NCBI GenBank assembly: GCA_038230375.1
Contig: JBBRNJ010000034.1
Span: 1 to 64,000 of the forward strand
DNA from: Polyangiales bacterium
Lineage (GTDB): Bacteria > Myxococcota_A > Polyangia > Polyangiales > Polyangiaceae
Length of the DNA stretch: 64,000 bases
Direction of reading: 5' to 3'
Made by a program: the position numbers and the translations under genes. Shown one piece after another: positions 9,163-18,861 of this stretch; position 1 is the stretch's first letter, and every line of letters begins with the position of its first letter. The notes under the pieces are model-generated. The model was not told where the DNA came from. It was given only the letters and a program-made list of their open reading frames with translations, and did not search any database.

Positions 9163-10316
9163 CACCTCTCGTGAGCCTCCGCCGCTGCCGTGAGCCCGGG
9201 CCCAGCGTGTGGCAGCATGCGTGATACCACCGGAGCCGTGACCTCGTGGACCGCGAGCGATAGCGGGTCGTCGCCCTTTGCTGCGCCGCGCGTGAACGAC
9301 GCGAGATCTCGCCGGAGCGCGTCGCGTACCGTTGTGCCGCCGACCGTGATGGTCCACGCCAGGAGCTTGAATGCGAGCTCCGCGTGGCTCGACTCGTCCT
9401 GCGCGACGCGGCGAAGGACAGCCGTGATTGCGGGATCGGCCTCGAGCTCTGCGTCGCGCATGGCCACGAGCGCCGCTGCGGTCTCGCCGATGCACCCATC
9501 CAGCAGTGTCTCGCGCGCAAGCCTGAGCACGTCTGGAACGATGGGCGCGCATGCCTCCGCGAACGGCAAGGCATGGAGCTCTTCACCCGCGAACCAGGAA
9601 GCAAGAGCGTAGGCCTCCTGCGCGTGCGTCACTTCTTCCGCGCCTGCTTGCTGACACGCGAGCACTAGCTCCATGGGCGCACCCAGCGCGAGGAGCTCCA
9701 GGGTGAGCCGCGCGAATGTCGCGATCGACGCGTGCTCGTTCTCCGCTGCGCGCGTCCACCTCGCGACCTGTCGATTTTTTGTGCCGCGGCGTGGGCTGGT
9801 CCTGGGCCGCTGCACCTCACCGTGCGCACGAAGCGCGCGGCCTTCCATGATCTGGATGGTTCTGTTCTCGCAGCTGTGGAACTCCACGTAGCAGCACACG
9901 TCGGGCTCGTGAGCGCGCGCGCTCTTCGTCTCCTTGGGAGAGAACGGCGCCTCGCGCTTGTCCTTCGCCAGCGCTGGCGCGCAGTGCGCGAACGGGTCGG
10001 GGTAGGGGACTGATTGCTCCTCGTCATCGGGTGGGCGGCAGCGGACGTTGCGCTTGCATTGCGCCCGGTTCACCGGCTCGCGAAGGGCACGCGTGGTCTT
10101 CCGGCTACCACCCTCGCCGCCGGCCTCGGTGTCCGCATCCGTGCTGCTGGCGTCCGTGCCCGCGTCGATCACGGGCGGCGCGAGCGGAGCCATCACCACC
10201 TCGCGGTCTGCAGCAGCGCAAGCCGCCACGTTGCCCATGGCGGCAGCGGGAATCCCCAGCGCAACCAGGGTGCGCGTTCGAAGCGAGAGCGCAGAGCGTT
10301 GGAGCTGAGAGGACAT
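9159..10316 (-). CDS. Myxobacterial ferritin-like domain protein
   Basis: EGRALR, ENEHASIATF, EEVTHA, DGCIGET and DESSHAELA diiron-type ExxH motifs; start taken at MSSQLQ. Confidence 0.8.
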   Translation of the reverse strand: MSSQLQRSALSLRTRTLVALGIPAAAMGNVAACAAADREVVMAPLAPPVIDAGTDASSTDADTEAGGEGGSRKTTRALREPVNRAQCKRNVRCRPPDDEEQSVPYPDPFAHCAPALAKDKREAPFSPKETKSARAHEPDVCCYVEFHSCENRTIQIMEGRALRAHGEVQRPRTSPRRGTKNRQVARWTRAAENEHASIATFARLTLELLALGAPMELVLACQQAGAEEVTHAQEAYALASWFAGEELHALPFAEACAPIVPDVLRLARETLLDGCIGETAAALVAMRDAELEADPAITAVLRRVAQDESSHAELAFKLLAWTITVGGTTVRDALRRDLASFTRGAAKGDDPLSLAVHEVTAPVVSRMLPHAGPGLTAAAEAHERW

Positions 10317-10456
10317 CGCGTGTGGAGAGCGCGACGCGTTCTTCGTCGCACATGGTGAGCGTAACCGAACGGCCGGGTCCGCCCCCCCGGATCTTTTTTC
10401 GACGAAGGCTTGTAAGAAACGGCGAAGAGCGCACCTTTGAAGGTGTGACAGGCTGC

Positions 10457-10719
10457 GTGGACAGAGACTGGGCCAGAGAGCGGCGGAGCGCGACTTTCCT
10501 GGACCTGGGTCGGGAGCATCGCGCAGCGCTGGTTCGCGTTGCGCGTGGCGAAGGAGTGACCCCCGAGGACGCATCGTGATGCTGCGGCTCCTGGAAGAGC
10601 ACGCGGGAGAGGATGTCGCGCAGGCGCTCGGCATCTCGCGCGGCTACGTGGACGTGCTTGCGCACCGCGCAAAGGCGTCCCTCAAGACCTGCATGATGCG
10701 CCACGAAGCGCGTCCCTAA
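10457..10719 (+). pseudogene. ECF-type RNA polymerase sigma factor remnant with internal deletion and frameshift
   Basis: Frame A: MDRDWARERRSATFLDLGREHRAALVRVARGEGVTPEDAS* (start of region 2). Frame B from about 10573: IVMLRLLEEHAGEDVAQALGISRGYVDVLAHRAKASLKTCM (region 4 HTH). Confidence 0.75.
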
Positions 10720-10774
10720 CTTAGCAGCGGGAAGTCGGCTGTCCGACGCCGTCAACAACAGAAGGAGAGAGACC

Positions 10775-11107
10775 ATGGAGAAGCACGGGGATACGTGTGT
10801 CGTCACGGCCGATGATGGTTCGTTTCAGCGCGAGGTGCTCGAGTCCAGCGTGCCCGTGCTGGTCGACTTTGGCGAAAAATGGTGCGGCCCGTGCAAAGCG
10901 CTTGCGCCCATCGTCGAGAAGATCGCCGCAGAGCACCAGGGCAAGCTGAAGGTGGTCACCGTGGATGTGGATGACTCGCCCGACGTCGCGCGTAGCTACG
11001 GCATCCGTGGTGTGCCCACCGTCGCCGTGTTCAAGGACGGCAAGGAGAACGGGAAGATCATGGGCCTCACGTCGCGCGAGAAGCTCCTCGCGCTCGCGTT
11101 CGGCTGA
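10775..11107 (+). CDS. trxA: Thioredoxin
   Basis: VPVLVDF, WCGPC, YGIRGVPT; AGAAGGAG RBS. Confidence 0.93.
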   Translation: MEKHGDTCVVTADDGSFQREVLESSVPVLVDFGEKWCGPCKALAPIVEKIAAEHQGKLKVVTVDVDDSPDVARSYGIRGVPTVAVFKDGKENGKIMGLTSREKLLALAFG

Positions 11108-11110
11108 AGC

Positions 11111-11148
11111 TCACTTGCCAGTCACTTGCGATCACTTGCCAATCACTT
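11111..11148 (-). repeat. Four short copies of AAGTGA (Lys-stop) at the 3' end of the YHYH gene
   Basis: Top strand TCACTTGCCAG TCACTTGCGA TCACTTGCCAA TCACTT; the last copy is the real stop. Confidence 0.8.
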
Positions 11149-12117
11149 TATTGGCGTGCCGCGGAAGCAGCCCAGCGTGTACGGATACTCGTACGTCGCG
11201 TGGTAGTGGTACATCGAGACGGATGCGCCGTCCCACGACACGACGTGCGTGTGTCCGTGGCACTCGTCCAGGTCGTCGTTCGTGAGCGTCTTGCCGTCCT
11301 CGCCGCGCACGCCGTAGATGCCGAAGCCGTCCTTCGCGTACCCGAGCAGCACCGAGTGAGCTGCGCCGGGGTCGGGGAGGCACGTCGGGATGCTGTGATA
11401 GTGGTACGCGCCGCTCTTCTCGGGGTGCGCCTGGCAGAGATCCTGGGTCTCGTGCGCCACCGCATCGCGGCCCTCCGCATCGAGGGCGTCGAACAGCACG
11501 GAGCCCGTGAGCAAGATGCCGATGGGACCGCCACCAAGGCACGTCGTGGTTGCGGATACGGTGGGCGTGGCCGCGAGCGACCACGAGATCGACTGCGCCT
11601 GGATGCTGTTCGGGTTGCGATCGTACTGATACGCCGGATCGGCCTGCGCGATCGGGTACGTGCCGGTCATGTGATCGGGGAGCCCATTGCCGATCACGGC
11701 GCGCGTTCCGCCGGTGACATCCGCCGCGAACGTGTGATTCGGCCAGGCGTTCATCCCTTGCACCACGACCTTCGCGGTGAAGTCGAATGTGCCGTCGCCC
11801 TTGATCCACGGGCCGTCCTTGAACGCGCCGCCGCCACCCATGAACGATTGCTGACAGGAGTAGATGTAGCCCTTCTTTGGCGCAGGCCCGTACTTGCCAT
11901 CGCCCACCGGCAGGCTCATGAGCGTCACCTGGATGGCTGCGGCATCCGTCGCGTTCATGGCTCCGCCCTCGGTCGTCACGCCGCCATCGGACTCCGCCGC
12001 CGCGCCGTCCACGCCTCCGCCATCACCATCGGCCGCGGTGCCGGACGTGGCGGCACCTCCGCATGCCATGAACAAAGAGAGCGAGAGCGAGAGACCGATC
12101 GCGGCGCGGTGTGGCAT
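11143..12117 (-). CDS. YHYH domain lipoprotein
   Basis: GNGLPDH, YHYH (twice), DGFGIYG, DLDECHGH, YPYTLGCFRG. Confidence 0.88.
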   Translation of the reverse strand: MPHRAAIGLSLSLSLFMACGGAATSGTAADGDGGGVDGAAAESDGGVTTEGGAMNATDAAAIQVTLMSLPVGDGKYGPAPKKGYIYSCQQSFMGGGGAFKDGPWIKGDGTFDFTAKVVVQGMNAWPNHTFAADVTGGTRAVIGNGLPDHMTGTYPIAQADPAYQYDRNPNSIQAQSISWSLAATPTVSATTTCLGGGPIGILLTGSVLFDALDAEGRDAVAHETQDLCQAHPEKSGAYHYHSIPTCLPDPGAAHSVLLGYAKDGFGIYGVRGEDGKTLTNDDLDECHGHTHVVSWDGASVSMYHYHATYEYPYTLGCFRGTPIK

Positions 12118-12175
12118 CTACTTCGTAGGGGAGGCGTGCACTCCGAAGCGATCACGCGCCCGGAAAAATTCTCGT

Positions 12176-13351
12176 TCAACCACCTTGTGGTCCACCGTAA
12201 CCGCCGCCCCCGAAGCCACCTGGAGGAGGCGAGCCATAACCCCCGGGCCCATAACCGCCTGGCGGCGCGTAGGGATTCCCGCCTGGCATGTACCCCGGAC
12301 CACCAAACCCGGGTGGCGGACCGAAGCCTGTAGGTCCTTGAGGCTGCTGTGCCCCACCACCGCGCACGTCGAACTCGGGCCCCATCGACGCAAGGATCTC
12401 CAGCGTCCACGCGCGCTCGAAGACGTAGTACGGCGCCATGATTGTCTGGTGCAGCACCGGCAGGAAGCCAAGGCAGCACGTGATGAAGCCAGCGACGATG
12501 CCGATGACACCAGCAAGCATGGAGAACACGATACGGAGGACGAAGAAGAGCACGATCTGGCCGATGAAGTTCTTCCCCACGCCCCAGAACTTCTTCCACG
12601 CCTCACGGGAGCTCGAGCCGTCCTTCCACATGAGCGGCGCGACGAAATTCCGCGCGAGTCCGTTCAGGATCATGAAAGGGATCGCGAGCACCAGCATGAC
12701 GCCCACGACAACGAGCAGGACGGGAATGAGCACCTCGTAGTTGTTAGGGTTCGCCTGCGACAGCGAGTACGCCCACAGGCCGCCGCCCCCGAGCAGCGGC
12801 ACGAACACCACCAGGGACAGCACCGCGACCACCAGGTGGAACTTGAACAAGGAGCCGCCGGCCGACTTGGTCACAGCCCACGACTCGCCGATGTCCGCGC
12901 GGCCGATCGCGACGCTGCGGATGGCCATCATCTGACCGCGCGCGCCCAGCCAGTACAGGACGAGCATGATCGGAATGAGCAGGAGCACTGCCCCGATGAC
13001 GATGGGGACGATCAGGCTCGTGTCGAAGTCCGCAAACGGGTTGTCGCCCGTGCTGGTCATGCCCGCGTCGCCGTGATGGGAGAACGCTCCGGACATGGAG
13101 CTCATCGCGTCCCGAAAAAAATGGGAGATCGCGTCGTTCGTATCGTCGTTGTTGTAGTGCTTCGAGCCGCCGCCGCTGCCGCTGTTGCCGCCGGTGTTTG
13201 GCATGTTGAAGCTGTTGCCGCCGCCGCCCTCGATGCAGGACTGCAGCGCAAAGATGAAGCCGAACGTGAACCACGTGCCCAGGCTGAAGGGGCGCATGAG
13301 CATGCCCTTCATTCGCTCCCACGCGGGTCCCATGCTGTCGGTGACGCGCAT
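12176..13351 (-). CDS. Polytopic membrane protein with Gly/Pro/Tyr-rich C-terminal tail
   Basis: Start MRVTDS at 13351; several TM helices, ITCCLGF, PPGGYGPGGYG tail. Confidence 0.75.
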   Translation of the reverse strand: MRVTDSMGPAWERMKGMLMRPFSLGTWFTFGFIFALQSCIEGGGGNSFNMPNTGGNSGSGGGSKHYNNDDTNDAISHFFRDAMSSMSGAFSHHGDAGMTSTGDNPFADFDTSLIVPIVIGAVLLLIPIMLVLYWLGARGQMMAIRSVAIGRADIGESWAVTKSAGGSLFKFHLVVAVLSLVVFVPLLGGGGLWAYSLSQANPNNYEVLIPVLLVVVGVMLVLAIPFMILNGLARNFVAPLMWKDGSSSREAWKKFWGVGKNFIGQIVLFFVLRIVFSMLAGVIGIVAGFITCCLGFLPVLHQTIMAPYYVFERAWTLEILASMGPEFDVRGGGAQQPQGPTGFGPPPGFGGPGYMPGGNPYAPPGGYGPGGYGSPPPGGFGGGGYGGPQGG

Positions 13352-13352
13352 G

Positions 13353-14060
13353 TTACTTCCCCACCGGCGTGAGCAGGCTTTGCATGTCGGACTCCAGCGT
13401 GTCGTTGACGTGCTTGATGGTCTTGCCGCGCAGCCGCTCCTTCGTGGCGGCGTAGGCGCCCTTCGCCAGGCCGGTGAGGCGCGTGGCCTCCGCCTTTGCG
13501 CGTGCAAGCACCTCTTCGTCCGCGACCACGATGTCCAGGTAGCCGGCCTTCGCCGCGTCGTCCGGGGTGTAGATGCGGGACTCGAGCGTGGCAGGCCCCA
13601 GCTCGCGCACGTCGAGTCGATCGCGCGCGAGCTCCATTGCAAGCACCGGCACGGGCATGCCGATGGACACCTCGTTCAGGCCAATCTTGAACGCGCCGCG
13701 TGCGCCGATGCGCACATCGCCCGTGAGCAGTACCAGCGCGCCGCCCGCGAGCGCGTGACCGGTGCACGCCATCACCAGCGGCACCTTCGCGCCATAGAGC
13801 TTCATGAGGAGCGCGGAGCCCTGACGCAGGAGCTGCTTCGCCGCATCCGGGCTGCTCATCATCACCCGCAGGTCGAAGCCGGCACAGAAGCGGTCCTTGC
13901 GTCCGCAGATCACGAGCGCCGAGGCCTCCCGCTCCGCGCGATCGATCGCGCCCGAGAGGCCATCGATCAGTGCCTCCGAGAGCGCGTTGGCCTTTCCGTC
14001 ATCCATGACGACGGTCGCGATGTTGCCTTCAAGAGCGTAGGTGAGGATGTCGTTTGCCAC
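13353..14060 (-). CDS. Crotonase / enoyl-CoA hydratase family protein
   Basis: MDDGKANAL, FCAGFDL, GHALAGGA, IGLNEVSIG. Confidence 0.92.
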   Translation of the reverse strand: MANDILTYALEGNIATVVMDDGKANALSEALIDGLSGAIDRAEREASALVICGRKDRFCAGFDLRVMMSSPDAAKQLLRQGSALLMKLYGAKVPLVMACTGHALAGGALVLLTGDVRIGARGAFKIGLNEVSIGMPVPVLAMELARDRLDVRELGPATLESRIYTPDDAAKAGYLDIVVADEEVLARAKAEATRLTGLAKGAYAATKERLRGKTIKHVNDTLESDMQSLLTPVGK

Positions 14061-14091
14061 GGCCGGAAGGCTAGCCTGCTACGATCCATTC

Positions 14092-16131
14092 GTGAAGTCG
14101 GGAAGGGTCGCGATCGTAGGTGCCGTGCTCCTTGCGGTGGCGCCGTCTTGTTCTGGTGGCGGAGGCTCCGCGCCGAAGACGGTGGCGCGCATGGACTTCT
14201 CGTCGGCTGAGTTCTGGGCCGCGCCTTTCCCCAGCGATCATCGCGTCGGCAGCGACGGTACGGTGGACCTTGCCGCGTTCCCGAATCCGTCGAACGACAT
14301 TCCCGTGTCGCAGCTCGTCGCCATGGTGAGCCACGTGGCGCGCGGCTTCAGCGTGACCGGCGGCGCGTTCGTCAGCTTCACCGACGACCTTGATCCCGCG
14401 TCGCTCCCTGACCTCTCGGACAGCGTGAGCGCATCGGCGAGCGTGTTCCTCACAGCCGTCTCGGACGGCGCGCCGGATCTTGGCGTTCGCGTTCCCGTGT
14501 ACGTGTCGTTCGACGCGGACGGCGGACCCTACGGCGCGCCGCACCTGCTCTCTGCGGTGCCGCTGGGGGGCATGGTGCTTCGCGCGCGCGAGTCGTACGC
14601 GATGGTGGTGACGCGCGACGTCCGTGACGTGCACGGCGCAGCGCTGGGACAGGCACCAGCGGTTGCCGCGCTTGTTCACGGGGACGTTCCGGAGGGCATG
14701 AGCGGCACCGTCGCGGCCAGCTACACCGCCGCTCTCCACGCGCTTCTGGCGCAAGGCGTGGATACCGCAAACGTCGCTGCGCTCGCCGTCTTCACCACGA
14801 GCGATCCCGCAGAGGAGCTCCGCGTCGCCGCACGTGCCGTGCAGAAGCGCCCGCTGCCCACGACCACCTCGCCGCCGACCAAGGGCGACGTGTTCGACGG
14901 GTATTGCGTGTATAATGCACAGATTGCGATGCCGGACTACCAGCAGGGCACGCCGCCCTATGGGAGCACGGGTGGTAACCTGGCGCTTGCGCCGGATGGG
15001 AGCCCGATCCAGCAACGGCTCGCGCCCTCACGCGTGGTCCTCACCGTCCCGCGCGCTGCCATGCCGGCGAATGGATATCCGATAGCAACGCTGGTGCGCA
15101 CGGGCGCCGGTGGGGACAGGCCCCTCGTCGATCGCGGTGTGCAGGTCGTTCACGACGGTCCGCCCAGGACCGCGGGCAGCGGCCCGGCGATGGAGCTCGC
15201 GACGGTCGGCTTCGCGGGCGCGCAGGTGGACGGCCCGCACGGCGGCCTCCGCAACGTCACGAACGGCGACGAGCAGTTCCTCATGTTCAACGTGTCGAAC
15301 GGGCTCGCGCTGCGCGACAACGTGCGCGAGTCCGCGCTGGAGCTCTCTGTCTTCTCCGCGTGGCTGGCGGCGCTCTCGTTCGATGCCAGCGATTGCCCCG
15401 GCACTGCCGCAGGCCCCGTGAAGTTCGATACCACGAAGGCGGTGCTCATCGGGCACTCCATGGGCGCCACGATCGCGCCGCTCGCGCTCGACCTCACGCC
15501 TGGATGGAAGGCCGCGCTCCTCTCTGGCGAAGGTGGCAGCTACATCGAGAACGTGATGTGGAAACAGGAGCCACTTGCCGTGCGGCCGATCATGGAGACG
15601 CTCTTCGGCTACGGCTCGCTCCACCGGAAGCTCACGCGCGGCGACCCTGTGCTCACCCTGCTGCAGTGGGCCGTGGAGCCCGCGGATCCGATCGTCGTCG
15701 CGCGCAACCTGGTACGCGAGCCGCGCGCGGGCGAGTCGCCGCGACAGATCTTGATGGAGCAGGGCATCGTCGATCACTACATCTTGCCGCCGATCGCGAA
15801 TGCGATGACGCTCGCGCTCGGCCTGGACCTTGCGGGCGCGGAGCTTGACACGCAGAACGCGGAGCTCATCGCACGCCCAGAGCTCACGCCGCTCTCGTCG
15901 GTGCTCGCATTCGGTGGACGTCATCCGGTGACGTTGCCGGCGACCGCGAACATCGGGCCAGGCACCACAGCACTCGTGATCCAGCATCCCGCCGACGGCA
16001 TCGAGGACGGCCACGAGGTGATGTTCCAGACCGAGCCGCCGAAGGCCGAGTATCGCTGCTTCCTCCAGTCCGTCGCGAAGGGCGGCGCCGCGCGCGTCCC
16101 CGACGGCACCAAAGGGTCAACCTGTCCTTGA
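14092..16131 (+). CDS. Lipoprotein with C-terminal alpha/beta-hydrolase domain
   Basis: Signal ending PSC; APFPSD N-terminal motif; GHSMG nucleophile elbow; candidate Asp (GIVDHY) and His (DGHEV). Confidence 0.75.
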   Translation: MKSGRVAIVGAVLLAVAPSCSGGGGSAPKTVARMDFSSAEFWAAPFPSDHRVGSDGTVDLAAFPNPSNDIPVSQLVAMVSHVARGFSVTGGAFVSFTDDLDPASLPDLSDSVSASASVFLTAVSDGAPDLGVRVPVYVSFDADGGPYGAPHLLSAVPLGGMVLRARESYAMVVTRDVRDVHGAALGQAPAVAALVHGDVPEGMSGTVAASYTAALHALLAQGVDTANVAALAVFTTSDPAEELRVAARAVQKRPLPTTTSPPTKGDVFDGYCVYNAQIAMPDYQQGTPPYGSTGGNLALAPDGSPIQQRLAPSRVVLTVPRAAMPANGYPIATLVRTGAGGDRPLVDRGVQVVHDGPPRTAGSGPAMELATVGFAGAQVDGPHGGLRNVTNGDEQFLMFNVSNGLALRDNVRESALELSVFSAWLAALSFDASDCPGTAAGPVKFDTTKAVLIGHSMGATIAPLALDLTPGWKAALLSGEGGSYIENVMWKQEPLAVRPIMETLFGYGSLHRKLTRGDPVLTLLQWAVEPADPIVVARNLVREPRAGESPRQILMEQGIVDHYILPPIANAMTLALGLDLAGAELDTQNAELIARPELTPLSSVLAFGGRHPVTLPATANIGPGTTALVIQHPADGIEDGHEVMFQTEPPKAEYRCFLQSVAKGGAARVPDGTKGSTCP

Positions 16132-16333
16132 ACCGCGAGGGTGGAGGCGAGGCGCGCGCGCCTCACGAGAGGGGCATGGTGCTGAGGTCGTGACGCCACG
16201 GACGACGAATCCCGGTGCAATTCCCCCACGAAAGCTGCCGGCGGCACGACACTTGCTCGACGCATCGACAATTGCGATCTAGGTTGCCGGCGTCGAGTCA
16301 CGCGCCTCCAGAGCGTCGAGAGGAAGTTCCTTC

Positions 16334-17086
16334 ATGCGTCCCTTTGCTATTCGCGTTCTTGCCACTGGCGCCATGGGCCTCCTGGCATCCGCATGCCTCT
16401 TCGGAGGCAACGGCAAGGACGACAATTCGGGCGGTGGCGACGGGACCGACGCGGGTGCCAAGGCCGACGGCGGCAGCGCGTCGTCGTTCGACTCCGGCGG
16501 TGGCGGTGGCGGCGGCGACACGGATGCAGGTGGTGGCTCGAAGGACGCCGGCGCGCCCACGTGCCCGGTCCCGGTCGCGATCACCAACATCCCGCAGTGG
16601 AAGTCGTCCGTGCAGAAGCTCGCTGCGTGCAGCTCGAGCGAGATCGGCCTCTTGTCTTCATACCTGACGGAGCCGCCGTCGGGATGGGCAGCGGCCGCGG
16701 GCATGCTCTCCACGACCTGTCAGAAGTGCGTGTTCAGCAACGTGGGCGACGCGAACTGGGGCGTCGTCGTGTGGTCGCCCAACCAGGCAGCGGGCACGGG
16801 CTTCATCAATGTCGGCGGCTGCTACCAGGTGCTCTCTGGCTCCAACGCGTGCGGCGCGGCTGCGCAACAGTTCAACGCCTGCACCGACCTGTCCTGCCCC
16901 TCCACGTGTCAGAACCAGAGCTCGTGCAGATCGGTCGTGCAGACAGGCGCGTGCGGTTCATCGCTCTCGTCCGCGCAGAGCGCGAGCGCGTGCGGGTCGA
17001 ACTACTCGAACTTCTCTTCGTCGTGCTCGGAGTCGAACCCCGGGACCCTGGTGAACACGGTGTGCGGGGCAGGGGGCGCTGGCTGA
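16334..17086 (+). CDS. Cys/Ser-rich lipoprotein
   Basis: ASAC lipobox, DAG/Gly linker, many Cys. Confidence 0.72.
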   Translation: MRPFAIRVLATGAMGLLASACLFGGNGKDDNSGGGDGTDAGAKADGGSASSFDSGGGGGGGDTDAGGGSKDAGAPTCPVPVAITNIPQWKSSVQKLAACSSSEIGLLSSYLTEPPSGWAAAAGMLSTTCQKCVFSNVGDANWGVVVWSPNQAAGTGFINVGGCYQVLSGSNACGAAAQQFNACTDLSCPSTCQNQSSCRSVVQTGACGSSLSSAQSASACGSNYSNFSSSCSESNPGTLVNTVCGAGGAG

Positions 17087-17090
17087 ACCC

Positions 17091-18857
17091 ATGTCATGGC
17101 GTGCGCATGCCGCGAGGACACTCTGGGTCTTTGCGCTGATCTGCTTCTCGGCGACCACGCTTCCGCGCGTGGCGTTTGCAGACGCGCCCACGGCGCAGGA
17201 TCTCGCAGACGCGAAGAAGTTCTTCGAAGCGGGCATCAAGTTCTCGCAGCAGGGCGCGTACCGGGACGCGCTCGCGGCGTTTCGTGAGGCGAAGCGTCTC
17301 GCGCCGCGGCCGAGCATCCAGACCAACCTGGCGCAGACATACCGCGACCTGCGTGACTACGCCGCTGCGTACGACGCCTACGCGGAGCTCATCACGACCT
17401 ACCCGACGCAGCTGAAGCCGCAGGAGATCCTGTCGGCACAGCGCGCGATGTCGGAGCTCGAGGCGTTCACCGGCACGATCGAGGTGAAGACGCAGGAGCC
17501 CGGCGCGCGCGTCTCCATCGACGACGTGGATGTGGGCGCGCTCCCTCTGCCGCGCCCGATTCGCGCCAGCGTGGGCACGCATATCGTTCTCATCACGAAG
17601 GACGGCCTCCAGCCGCTGAAGAAGGCCGTCGAGCTCCGCGGGCACGACGCGGTCGTCATCTCGGACCCGCTCACCAGGGGCGTGACCACAGGCCACGCGA
17701 ATGTCAGCGTGTCGCCGGTGACTGCCGGCGCGATCGTGCTGGTGGACGATACGGAGAAGGGGCCGGCGCCCGTGAAGCTCGATCTGGCGCCGGGGCAGCA
17801 CGTGTTCTCTGCCAAGGTGCCTGGCATGGGCGCCACGCCGCAGCGCGTGGACGTGCAGGCTGGCGGCACCTACGAGATCGTCGTTGCGTTGTCCTCGGCG
17901 GACGCGTTCCTGAGCATCAACTGTGGCATGCCCGAGGCGGAGATCGTCCTCGACGGTACGGTGATCGGACGCGGCGGGTACGAGGGCCGCGCGCCTGCGG
18001 GCCGTCACGACATCCAGGTTCGCCGGCCTGGCTACACCGCTTTCACGAAGACCATGGAGATCCGCGCCGGTGATCGGATCGTGGAGAGCGTCACGCTGAC
18101 GCGCGAAGGTGGCGGTTCGGGGGCCCCACCCGCTCACGACTACAAGGGCAGCTATCTGTTCATACGCGGCTCGGCGCAGTTCGAGCTCACGCAGCCGTCG
18201 AACGACATCGCGAACGGCGTCGGCTATGCGGCAAACGCGAAGCTCTCCAGCCCCGGCTCGCTCGGCTTTGGCGTCGACGGGCGCTGGGGCTACAGCTTTG
18301 GTCCCGTGTCGCTGGAGCTGGGCATCTTCGTCAACTATCGGCATGGGCAGTCCACCGTGAACGTGAAAACGGCGAGCGTGAACGATACGCATCCCGGCAC
18401 TGCGCCGCGCGTGGATGACTACGACTTCCACACGCTGGGCGGCGGGCCGGAGATCGGCGTGCGCTTCTCTCCGCGCATGGCTCCCCTGCGACCCACGTTC
18501 GGCGTGGCAGGCGGGCTCGGAGTGATGGGTGCGTTCTTCCAGCAGAGCATCACGGAAAACGGTCAGACCACGACCAGCGTGCAGTCCGACCCCACGTTCT
18601 ACGCGGTGCCGCGCATCAATGTGGACGGCGGCGTGCTGATCGGATCTCTCACGGGCCCCAAGCTCCTCGTGGGCGTGCAGATGCTCACGGAGCTGAATCC
18701 ACCGCAGTCCACCAACATCGCGCAGTCCACGGTCGACACGTCCAACCTGCTCCGCCTGAAGGACGGCAAGGCCCCGCTACCCGTCGGCACCGGCCAGGTC
18801 CGCGTCGTCAACGACGTCGAAATCTACGTTGGTCCTGTGATCGGCGTTCAGCTCTGA
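17091..18857 (+). CDS. TPR + multiple PEGA domain protein with probable C-terminal beta-barrel
   Basis: Signal peptide; AKKFFEAG...ALAAFREA TPR; three PEGA-like repeats; amphipathic beta-strands ending VGPVIGVQL. Confidence 0.82.
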   Translation: MSWRAHAARTLWVFALICFSATTLPRVAFADAPTAQDLADAKKFFEAGIKFSQQGAYRDALAAFREAKRLAPRPSIQTNLAQTYRDLRDYAAAYDAYAELITTYPTQLKPQEILSAQRAMSELEAFTGTIEVKTQEPGARVSIDDVDVGALPLPRPIRASVGTHIVLITKDGLQPLKKAVELRGHDAVVISDPLTRGVTTGHANVSVSPVTAGAIVLVDDTEKGPAPVKLDLAPGQHVFSAKVPGMGATPQRVDVQAGGTYEIVVALSSADAFLSINCGMPEAEIVLDGTVIGRGGYEGRAPAGRHDIQVRRPGYTAFTKTMEIRAGDRIVESVTLTREGGGSGAPPAHDYKGSYLFIRGSAQFELTQPSNDIANGVGYAANAKLSSPGSLGFGVDGRWGYSFGPVSLELGIFVNYRHGQSTVNVKTASVNDTHPGTAPRVDDYDFHTLGGGPEIGVRFSPRMAPLRPTFGVAGGLGVMGAFFQQSITENGQTTTSVQSDPTFYAVPRINVDGGVLIGSLTGPKLLVGVQMLTELNPPQSTNIAQSTVDTSNLLRLKDGKAPLPVGTGQVRVVNDVEIYVGPVIGVQL

Positions 18858-18861
18858 GATT

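Noticed and set aside
16149..16164. GAGGCGCGCGCGCCTC palindrome as a terminator
   Set aside because: It has no U-tract, and such GC palindromes are expected by chance at this composition.
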